From NCBI RefSeq assembly GCF_963921235.1, contig NC_086097.1:104534001-104598000 (forward strand): a DNA stretch of 64,000 bases. Reading direction: 5' to 3'. A program made the translations under genes and the position numbers. This document shows, in pieces, positions 52,901 to 64,000 of the stretch. The notes beneath the pieces are model-generated. The model saw only the letters and a list, made by a program, of their open reading frames with translations, had not been told where the DNA came from and searched no databases. Each line of letters begins with the position of its first letter. Position 1 is the first letter of the stretch. This stretch comes from Mobula hypostoma (lineage: Eukaryota).

Positions 52901-55900
52901 TACTTACAGCAAACCAAATGGAAACACCTTAGGTTAACTTCCCAAATGATTCTGAGATGTCTGAAAGTGGTTTCATGCCACTGCAGTGTAAGACAAAAAA
53001 GTTGATTTCTCAGTGCATACAAACCTTTGACAATACAAGTGGTATACATTTCAATTTTACACCAAAGTACTTACAGCAAACCTAATGGAAACACCTTAGG
53101 TTAACTTCCCACATGATTCTGAGATGTCTGAAAGTGGTTTCATGCCACTGCAGTGTAAGACAAAAAAGTTGTTTTCTCAGTGCATGCAATGCTTTGACAA
53201 TACAAGTGGTATACATTTCAATTTTACACCAAAGTACTTACAGCAAACCAAATGGAAACACCTTAGGTTAACTTCCCACATGATTCTGAGATGTCTGAAA
53301 GTGGTTTCATGCCACTGCAGTGTAAGACAAAAAAGTTGATTTCTCAGTGCATACAAACCTTTGACAATACAAGTGGTATACATTTCAATTTTACACCAAA
53401 GAACTTACTGCAAACCAAATGGAAACACCTTAGGCTAACTTCCCACATGATTCTGAGATGTCTGAAAGTGGTTTCATGCCACTGCAGTGTAAGACAAAAA
53501 AGTTGTTTTCTCAGTGCATACAATGCTTTGACAATACAAGTGGTATACATTTCAATTTTACACCAAAGAACTTACTGCAAACCAAATGGAAACACCTTAG
53601 GTTAACTTCCCACATGATTCTGAGATGTCTGAAAGTGGTTTCATGCCACTGCAGTGTAAGACAAAAAAGTTGTTTTCTCAGTGCATGCAATGCTTTGACA
53701 ATGCAAGTGGTATACATTTCAATTTTACACCAAAGTACTTACAGCAAACCAAATGGAAACACCTTAGGTTAACTTCCCACATGATTCTGAGATGTCTGAA
53801 AGTGGTTTCATGCCACTGCAGTGTAAGACAAAAAAGTTGATTTCTCAGTGCATACAAACCTTTGACAATACAAGTAGTATACATTTCAATTTTACACCAA
53901 AGTACTTACTGCAAACCTAATGGAAACACCTTAGGTTAACTTCCCACATGATTCTGAGATGTCTGAAAGTGGTTTCATGCCACTGCAGTGTAAGACAAAA
54001 AAGTTGATTTCTCAGTGCATACAAACCTTTGACAATACAAGTGGTATACATTTCAATTTTACACCAAAGTACTTACAGCAAACCTAATGGAAACACCTTA
54101 GGTTAACTTCCCACATGATTCTGAGATGTCTGAAAGTGGTTTCATGCCACTGCAGTGTAAGACAAAAAAGTTGATTTCTCAGTGCATACAAACCTTTGAC
54201 AATACAAGTAGTATACATTTCAATTTTACACCAAAGTACTTACTGCAAACCTAATGGAAACACCTTAGGTTAACTTCCCACATGATTCTGAGATGTCTGA
54301 AAGTGGTTTCATGCCACTGCAGTGTAAGACAAAAAAGTTGTTTTCTCAGTGCATGCAATGCTTTGACAATACAAGTAGTATACATTTCAATTTTACACCA
54401 AAGTACTTACAGCAAACCAAATGGAAACACCTTAGGTTAACTTCCCACATGATTCTGAGATGTCTGAAAGTGGTTTCATGCCACTGCAGTGTAAGACAAA
54501 AAAGTTGTTTTCTCAGTGCATGCAATGCTTTGACAATACAAGTGGTATACATTTCAATTTTACACCAAAGTACATACAGCAAACCAAATGGAAACACCTT
54601 AGGTTAACTTCCCACATGATTCTGAGATGTCTGAAAGTGGTTTCATGCCACTGCAGTGTAAGACAAAAAAGTTGATTTCTCAGTGCATACAAACCTTTGA
54701 CAATACAAGTAGTATACATTTCAATTTTACACCAAAGTACTTACTGCAAACTAATGGAAACACCTTAGGTTAACTTCCCACATGATTCTGAGATGTCTGA
54801 AAGTGGTTTCATGCCACTGCAGTGTCAGACAAAAAAGCTGATTTCTCAGTGCATACAAACCTTTGACAATACTAGTGGTATACATTTCAATTTTACACTA
54901 AAGTACTTACAGCAAACCAAATGGAAACACCTTAGGTTAACTTCCCACATGATTCTGAGATGTCTGAAAGTGGTTTCATGCCACTGCAGTGTAAGACAAA
55001 AAAGTTGTTTTCTCTGTGCATACAAACCTTTGACAATACAAGTAGTATACATTTCAATTTTACACCAAAGTACTTACAGCAAACCAAATGGAAACACCTT
55101 AGGTTAACTTCCCACATGATTCTGAGATGTCTGAAAGTGGTTTCATGCCACTGCAGTGTAAGACAAAAAAGTTGTTTTCTCTGTGCATACAAACCTTTGA
55201 CAATACAAGTGGTATACATTTCAATTTTACACCAAAGTACTTACAGCAAACCAAATGGAAACACCTTAGGTTAACTTCCCACATGATTCTGAGATGTCTG
55301 AAAGTGGTTTCATGCCACTGCAGTGTAAGACAAAAAAGTTGATTTCTCAGTGCATACAAACCTTTGACAATTCAAGTGGTATACATTTCAATTTTACACC
55401 AAAGTACTTACAGCAAACCAAATGGAAACACCTTAGGTTAACTTCCCACATGATTCTGAGATGTCTGAAAGTGGTTTCATGCCACTGCAGTGTAAGACAA
55501 AAAAGTTGATTTCTCAGTGCATACAAACCTTTGACAATTCAAGTGGTATACATTTCAATTTTACACCAAAGTACTTACAGCAAACCAAATGGAAACACCT
55601 TAGGTTAACTTCCCACATGATTCTGAGATGTCTGAAAGTGGTTTCATGCCACTGCAGTGTAAGACAAAAAAGTTGTTTTCTCAGTGCATGCAATGCTTTG
55701 ACAGTACAAGTAGTATACATTTCAATTTTACACCAAAGTACTTACAGCAAACCAAATGGAAACACCTTAGGTTAACTTCCCACATGATTCTGAGATGTCT
55801 GAAAGTGGTTTCATGCCACTGCAGTGTAAGACAAAAAAGTTGATTTCTCAGTGCATGCAAACCTTTGACAATAGAAGTGGAATACATTTCAATTTTACAC

Positions 55901-58900
55901 CAAAGTACTTACAGCAAACCAAATGGAAACACCTTAGGTTAACTTCCCACATGATTCTGAGATGTCTGAAAGTGGTTTCATGCCACTGCAGTGTAAGACA
56001 AAAAAGTTGTTTTCTCAGTGCATGCAATGCTTTGACAGTACAAGTAGTATACATTTCAATTTTACACCAAAGTACTTACTGCAAACCTAATGGAAACACC
56101 TTAGGTTAACTTCCCACATGATTCTGAGATGTCTGAAAGTGGTTTCATGCCACTGCAGTGTAAGACAAAAAAGTTGATTTCTCAGTGCATACAAACCTTT
56201 GACAATGCAAGTGGTATACATTTCAATTTTACACCAAAGTACTTACAGCAAACCAAATGGAAACACCTTAGGTTAACTTCCCACATGATTCTGAGATGTC
56301 TGAAAGTGGTTTCATGCCACTGCAGTGTAAGACAAAAAAGTTGTTTTCTCAGTGCATACAATGCTTTGACAATACAAGTGGTATACATTTCAATTTTACA
56401 CCAAAGTACTTACAGCAAACCAAATGGAAACACCTTAGGTTAACTTCCCACATGATTCTGAGATGTCTGAAAGTGGTTTCATGCCACTGCAGTGTAAGAC
56501 AAAAAAGTTGTTTTCTCAGTGCATGCAATGCTTTGACAATACAAGTGGTATACATTTCAATTTTACACCAAAGTACTTACAGCAAACCAAATGGAAACAC
56601 CTTAGGTTAACTTCCCACATGATTCTGAGATGTCTGAAAGTGGTTTCATGCCACTGCAGTGTAAGACAAAAAAGTTGATTTCTCAGTGCATACAAACCTT
56701 TGACAATACAAGTAGTATACATTTCAATTTTACACTAAAGTACTTACAGCAAACCGAATGGAAACACCTTAGGTTAACTTCCCACATGATTCTGAGATGT
56801 CTGAAAGTTGTTTCATGCCAGTGCAGTGTATGACCAAAAAGTTGTTTTCTCACTGCATACAATTGCTTTGACAGTACAAGTAGTATACATTTCAATTTTA
56901 CACCAAAGTACTTACTGCAAACCTAATGGAAACACCTTAGGTTAACTTCCCACATGATTCTGAGATGTCTGAAAGTGGTTTCATGCCACTGCAGTGTAAG
57001 ACAAAAAAGTTGATTTCTCAGTGCATACAAACCTTTGACAATACAAGTGGTATACATTTCAATTTTACACCAAAGTACTTACTGCAAACCTAATGGAAAC
57101 ACCTTAGGTTAACTTCCCACATGATTCTGAGATGTCTGAAAGTGGTTTCATGCCACTGCAGTGTAAGACAAAAAAGTTGTTTTCTCAGTGCATACAAAGC
57201 TTTGACAATACAAGTAGTATACATTTCAATTTTACACCAAAGTACTTACAGCAAACCAAATGGAAACACCTTAGGTTAACTTCCCACATGATTCTGAGAT
57301 GTCTGAAAGTGGTTTCATGCCACTGCAGTGTAAGACAAAAAAGTTGTTTTCTCTGTGCATACAAACCTTTGACAATACAAGTGGTATACATTTCAATTTT
57401 ACACCAAAGTACTTACAGCAAACCAAATGGAAACACCTTAGGTTAACTTCCCACATGATTCTGAGATGTCTGAAAGTGGTTTCATGCCACTGCAGTGTAA
57501 GACAAAAAAGTTGTTTTCTCAGTGCGTGCAATGCTTTGACAGTACACGTAGGATACATTTCAATTTTACACCAAAGTACTTACTGCAAACCTAATGGAAA
57601 CACCTTAGGTTAACTTCCCACATGATTCTGAGATGTCTGAAAGTGGTTTCATGCCACTGCAGTGTAAGACAAAAAAGTTGATTTCTCAGTGCATACAAAC
57701 CTTTGACAATACAAGTGGTATACATTTCAATTTTACACCAAAGTACTTACAGCAAACCAAATGGAAACACCTTAGGTTAACTTCCCACATGATTCTGAGA
57801 TGTCTGAAAGTGGTTTCTTGCCACTGCAGTGTAAGACAAATAAGTTGTTTTCTCTGTGCATACAAACCTTTGACAATACAAGTGGTATACATTTCAATTT
57901 TACACCAAAGTACTTACAGCAAACCAAATGGAAACACCTTAGGTTAACTTCCCACATGATTCTGAGATGTCTGAAAGTGGTTTCATGCCACTGCAGTGTA
58001 AGACAAAAAAGTTGTTTTCTCTGTGCATACAAACCTTTGACAATACAAGTGGTATACATTTCAATTTTACACCAAAGTACTTACAGCAAACCAAATGGAA
58101 ACACCTTAGGTTAACTTCCCACATGATTCTGAGATGTCTGAAAGTGGTTTCATGCCACTGCAGTGTAAGACAAAAAAGTTGATTTCTCAGTGCATACAAA
58201 CCTTTGACAGTACAAGTAGTATACATTTCAATTTTACACCAAAGTACTTACAGCAAACCTAATGGAAACACCTTAGGTTAACTTCCCACATGATTCTGAG
58301 ATGTCTGAAAGTGGTTTCATGCCACTGCAGTGTAAGACAAAAAAGTTGTTTTCTCAGTGCATACAATGCTTTGACAATACAAGTAGTATACATTTCAATT
58401 TTACACCAAAGTACTTACAGCAAACCAAATGGAAACACCTTAGGTTAACTTCCCACATGATTCTGAGATGTCTGAAAGTGGTTTCATGCCACTGCAGTGT
58501 AAGACAAAAAAGTTGATTTCTCAGTGCATACAAACCTTTGACAATACAAGTAGTATACATTTCAATTTTACACCAAAGTACTTACTGCAAACCTAATGGA
58601 AACACCTTAGGTTAACTTCCCACATGATTCTGAGATGTCTGAAAGTGGTTTCATGCCACTGCAGTGTAAGACAAAAAAGTTGATTTCTCAGTGCATACAA
58701 ACCTTTGACAATACAAGTAGTATACATTTCAATTTTACACCAAAGTACTTACAGCAAACCAAATGGAAACACCTTAGGTTAACTTCCCACATGATTCTGA
58801 GATGTCTGAAAGTGGTTTCATGCCACTGCAGTGTAAGACAAAAAAGTTGTTTTCACAGTGCATGCAATGCTTTGACAATACAAGTAGTATACATTTCAAT

Positions 58901-61900
58901 TTTACACCAAAGTACTTACAGCAAACCAAATGGAAACACCTTAGGTTAACTTCCCACATGATTCTGAGATGTCTGAAAGTGGTTTCATGCCACTGCAGTG
59001 TAAGACAAAAAAGTTGATTTCTCAGTGCATACAAACCTTTGACAATACAAGTAGTATACATTTCAATTTTACACCAAAGTACTTACAGCAAACCAAATGG
59101 AAACACCTTAGGTTAACTTCCCACATGATTCTGAGATGTCTGAAAGTGGTTTCATGCCACTGCAGTGTAAGACAAAAAAGTTGATTTCTCAGTGCATACA
59201 AACCTTTGACAATACAAGTGGTATACATTTCAATTTTACACCAAAGTACTTACAGCAAACCAAATGGAAACACCTTAGGTTAACTTCCCACATGATTCTG
59301 AGATGTCTGAAAGTGGTTTCATGCCACTGCAGTGTAAGACAAAAAAGTTGTTTTCTCAGTGCATGCAATGCTTTGACAATACAAGTAGTATACATTTCAA
59401 TTTTACACCAAAGTACTTACTGCAAACCAAATGGAAACACCTTAGGTTAACTTCCCACATGATTCTGAGATGTCTGAAAGTGGTTTCATGCCACTGCAGT
59501 GTAAGACAAAAAAGTTGTTTTCTCAGTGCATACAATGCTTTGACAATACAAGTAGTATACATTTCAATTTTACACCAAAGTACTTACAGCAAACCAAATG
59601 GAAACACCTTAGGTTAACTTCCCACATGATTCTGAGATGTCTGAAAGTGGTTTCATGCCACTGCAGTGTCAGACAAAAAAGCTGATTTCTCAGTGCATAC
59701 AAACCTTTGACAATACAAGTGGTATACATTTCAATTTTACACTAAAGTACTTACAGCAAACCAAATGGAAACACCTTAGGTTAACTTCCCACATGATTCT
59801 GAGATGTCTGAAAGTGGTTTCATGCCACTGCAGTGTAAGACAAAAAAGTTGATTTCTCAGTGCATACAAACCTTTGACAATACAAGTGGTATACATTTCA
59901 ATTTTACACCAAAGTACTTACAGCAAACCAAATGGAAACACCTTAGGTTAACTTCCCACATGATTCTGAGATGTCTGAAAGTGGTTTCATGCAACTGCAG
60001 TGTAAGACAAAAAAGTTGATTTCTCAGTGCATACAAACCTTTGACAATACAAGTAGTATACATTTCAATTTTACACCAAAGAACTTACTGCAAACCAAAT
60101 GGAAACACCTTAGGCTAACTTCCCACATGATTCTGAGATGTCTGAAAGTGGTTTCATGCCACTGCAGTGTAAGACAAAAAAGTTGTTTTCACAGTGCATG
60201 CAATGCTTTGACAATACAAGTAGTATACATTTCAATTTTACACCAAAGTACTTACAGCAAACCAAATGGAAACACCTTAGGTTAACTTCCCACATGATTC
60301 TGAGATGTCTGAAAGTGGTTTCATGCAACTGCAGTGTAAGACAAAAAAGTTGATTTCTCAGTGCATACAAACCTTTGACAATACAAGTAGTATACATTTC
60401 AATTTTACACCAAAGTACTTACTGCAAACCAAATGGAAACACCTTAGGTTAACTTCCCACATGATTCTGAGATGTCTGAAAGTGGTTTCATGCCACTGCA
60501 GTGTAAGACAAAAAAGTTGATTTCTCAGTGCATACAAACCTTTGACAATACAAGTGGTATACATTTCAATTTTACACCAAAGTACTTACAGCAAACCAAA
60601 TGGAAACACCTTAGGTTAACTTCCCACATGATTCTGAGATGTCTGAAAGTGGTTTCATGCCACTGCAGTGTAAGACAAAAAAGTTGATTTCTCAGTGCAT
60701 ACAAACCTTTGACAATACAAGTGGTATACATTTCAATTTTACACCAAAGTACTTACAGCAAACCAAATGGAAACACCTTAGGTTAACTTCCCACATGATT
60801 CTGAGATGTCTGAAAGTGGTTTCATGCCACTGCAGTGTAAGACAAAAAAGTTGTTTTCTCAGTGCATGCAATGCTTTGACAATACAAGTGGTATACATTT
60901 CAATTTTACACCAAAGTACTTACTGCAAACCAAATGGAAACACCTTAGGTTAACTTCCCACATGATTCTGAGATGTCTGAAAGTGGTTTCATGCCACTGC
61001 AGTGTAAGACAAAAAAGTTGTTTTCTCAGTGCATACAAACCTTTGACAATACAAGTGGTATACATTTCAATTTTACACCAAAGTACTTACAGCAAACCAA
61101 ATGGAAACACCTTAGGTTAACTTCCCACATGATTCTGAGATGTCTGAAAGTGGTTTCATGCCACTGCAGTGTAAGACAAAAAAGTTGTTTTCTCAGTGCA
61201 TGCAATGCTTTGACAGTACAAGTAGTATACATTTCAATTTTACACCAAAGTACTTACTGCAAACCTAATGGAAACACCTTAGGTTAACTTCCCACATGAT
61301 TCTGAGATGTCTGAAAGTGGTTTCATGCCACTGCAGTGTAAGACAAAAAAGTTGATTTCTCAGTGCATACAAACCTTTGACAATACAAGTGGTATACATT
61401 TCAATTTTACACCAAAGTACTTACAGCAAACCAAATGGAAACACCTTAGGTTAACTTCCCACATGATTCTGAGATGTCTGAAAGTGGTTTCATGCCACTG
61501 CAGTGTAAGACAAAAAAGTTGTTTTCTCAGTGCATACAAAGCTTTGTCAATACAAGTAGTATACATTTCAATTTTACACCAAAGTACTTACAGCAAACCA
61601 AATGGAAACACCTTAGGTTAACTTCCCACATGATTCTGAGATGTCTGAAAGTGGTTTCATGCCACTGCAGTGTAAGACAAAAAAGTTGATTTCTCAGTGC
61701 ATACAAACCTTTGACAATGCAAGTGGTATACATTTCAATTTTACACCAAAGTACTTACAGCAAACCAAATGGAAACACCTTAGGTTAACTTCCCACATGA
61801 TTCTGAGATGTCTGAAAGTGGTTTCATGCCACTGCAGTGTAAGACAAAAAAGTTGATTTCTCAGTGCATACAAACCTTTGACAATACAAGTAGTATACAT

Positions 61901-64000
61901 TTCAATTTTACACCAAAGTACTTACAGCAAACCAAATGGAAACACCTTAGGTTAACTTCCCACATGATTCTGAGATGTCTGAAAGTGGTTTCATGCCACT
62001 GCAGTGTAAGACAAAAAAGTTGTTTTCTCAGTGCATGCAATGCTTTGACAGTGCAAGTAGTATACATTTCAATTTTACACCAAAGTACTTACTGCAAAAC
62101 AAATGGAAACACCTTAGGTTAACTTCCCACATGATTCTGAGATGTCTGAAAGTGGTTTCATGCCACTGCAGTGTAAGACAAAAAAGTTGATTTCTCAGTG
62201 CATACAAACCTTTGACAATACAAGTGGTATACATTTCAATTTTACACCAAAGTACTTACAGCAAACCAAATGGAAACACCTTAGGTTAACTTCCCACATG
62301 ATTCTGAGATGTCTGAAAGTGGATTCATGCCACTGCAGTGTAAGACAAAAAAGTTGTTTTCTCAGTGCATACAAAGCTTTGACAATACAAGTAGTATACA
62401 TTTCAATTTTACACCAAAGTACTTACTGCAAACCTAATGGAAACACCTTAGGTTAACTTCCCACATGATTCTGAGATGTCTGAAAGTGGTTTCATGCCAC
62501 TGCAGTGTAAGACAAAAAAGTTGATTTCTCAGTGCATACAAACCTTTGACAATACAAGTAGTATACATTTCAATTTTACACCAAAGTACTTACAGCAAAC
62601 CAAATGGAAACACCTTAGGTGAACTTCCCACATGATTCTGAGATGTCTGAAAGTGGTTTCATGCCACTGCAGTGTAAGACAAAAAAGTTGTTTTCTCAGT
62701 GCATACAATGCTTTGACAATACAAGTAGTATACATTTCAATTTTACACCAAAGTACTTACAGCAAACCAAATGGAAACACCTTAGGTTAACTTCCCACAT
62801 GATTCTGAGATGTCTGAAAGTGGTTTCATGCAACTGCAGTGTAAGACAAAAAAGTTGATTTCTCAGTGCATACAAAGCTTTGTCAATACAAGTAGTATAC
62901 ATTTCAATTTTACACCAAAGTACTTACAGCAAACCAAATGGAAACACCTTAGGTTAACTTCCCACATGATTCTGAGATGTCTGAAAGTGGTTTCATGCCA
63001 CTGCAGTGTAAGACAAAAAAGTTGTTTTCTCAGTGCATACAAAGCTTTGTCAATACAAGTAGTATACATTTCAATTTTACACCAAAGTACTTACAGCAAA
63101 CCAAATGGAAACACCTTAGGTGAACTTCCCACATGATTCTGAGATGTCTGAAAGTGGTTTCATGCAACTGCAGTGTAAGACAAAAAAGTTGATTTCTCAG
63201 TGCATACAAACCTTTGACAATACAAGTAGTATACATTTCAATTTTACACCAAAGTACTTACAGCAAACCAAATGGAAACACCTTAGGTTAACTTCCCACA
63301 TGATTCTGAGATGTCTGAAAGTGGTTTCATGCCACTGCAGTGTAAGACAAAAAAGTTGTTTTCTCAGTGCATGCAATGCTTTGACAGTACAAGTAGTATA
63401 CATTTCAATTTTACACCAAAGTACTTACAGCAAACCAAATGGAAACACCTTAGGTTAACTTCCCACATGATTCTGAGATGTCTGAAAGTGGTTTCATGCA
63501 ACTGCAGTGTAAGACAAAAAAGTTGATTTCTCAGTGCATACAAACCTTTGACAATACAAGTGGTATACATTTCAATTTTACACCAAAGTACTTACAGCAA
63601 ACCAAATGGAAACACCTTAGGTTAACTTCCCACATGATTCTGAGATGTCTGAAAGTGGTTTCATGCCACTGCAGTGTAAGACAAAAAAGTTGATTTCTCA
63701 GTGCATACAAACCTTTGACAATACAAGTGGTATACATTTCAATTTTACACCAAAGTACTTACAGCAAACCAAATGGAAACACCTTAGGTTAACTTCCCAC
63801 ATGATTCTGAGATGTCTGAAAGTGGTTTCATGCCACTGCAGTGTAAGACAAAAAAGTTGTTTTCTCAGTGCATACAAACCTTTGACAATACAAGTAGTAT
63901 ACATTTCAATTTTACACCAAAGTACTTACTGCAAACCAAATGGAAACACCTTAGGTTAACTTCCCACATGATTCTGAGATGTCTGAAAGTGGTTTCATGC
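37939..64000. repeat. 167-bp AT-rich tandem satellite array, about 156 monomers; candidate centromeric/pericentromeric satellite
   Basis: First monomer 37939-38105: TGGTTTCATGCCACTGCAGTGTAAGACAAAAAAGTTGATTTCTCAGTGCATACAAACCTTTGACAATACAAGTGGTATACATTTCAATTTTACACCAAAGTACTTACAGCAAACCAAATGGAAACACCTTAGGTTAACTTCCCACATGATTCTGAGATGTCTGAAAG (61/167 G+C). The 167-bp period also shows in the ORF track (38095, 38262, 38429...). One PstI, ScaI, HpaI and Bsu36I site per consensus monomer. The repeat is certain; the centromeric role is inference. Confidence 0.98.

Noticed and set aside
37981..63959. Hundreds of 60-150 aa ORFs on both strands as a tandem gene family
   Set aside because: They overlap on both strands, recur every 167 bp in shifting frames, and are broken freely by variants and indels. 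They are translations of the satellite.
37939..64000. Tandem 5S rRNA, tRNA or snRNA gene cluster
   Set aside because: No recognisable 5S sequence, cloverleaf or Pol III A/B box (for example GTTCGA); the monomer is AT-rich with a CpG-free consensus.

Overview
The window is entirely tandem-repeat (satellite) DNA, most likely eukaryotic, and I find no credible gene, RNA gene, transposon or CRISPR array. It has three parts. (1) 1-37738 is a head-to-tail array of about 770 copies of a 49-bp monomer (consensus GTTGTGAACAGGGTATGACCTGTAC[G/A]GTAAATGCAGGGCAGTGA[C/G]GAGT; about 51% GC; G-rich on the + strand). (2) 37739-37938 is an exactly 200-N scaffold gap. (3) 37939-64000 is an array of about 156 copies of a 167-bp, roughly 63% AT monomer with a CpG-free consensus and the size and homogeneity of a centromeric-type satellite. 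All ORFs in the track are best explained as by-products of the repeats. The interest lies in the internal architecture. The 49-bp array keeps its register over 37.7 kb except for one 3-bp insertion. It is a mosaic of recurring ordered cassettes of variant monomers, with offsets of 29, 43, 107, 136-137 and 377-378 monomers. The monomer looks like an old 25+24-bp dimer, carries a near-consensus DR5 nuclear-receptor-type motif, and is stop-free in all three minus-strand frames. The 167-bp array has a short polymorphic window, position-dependent variants, one divergent monomer and an indel-rich stretch. I cannot identify the organism or the satellite families from the sequence alone. The evidence does not establish a new biological system; the findings are leads to test.
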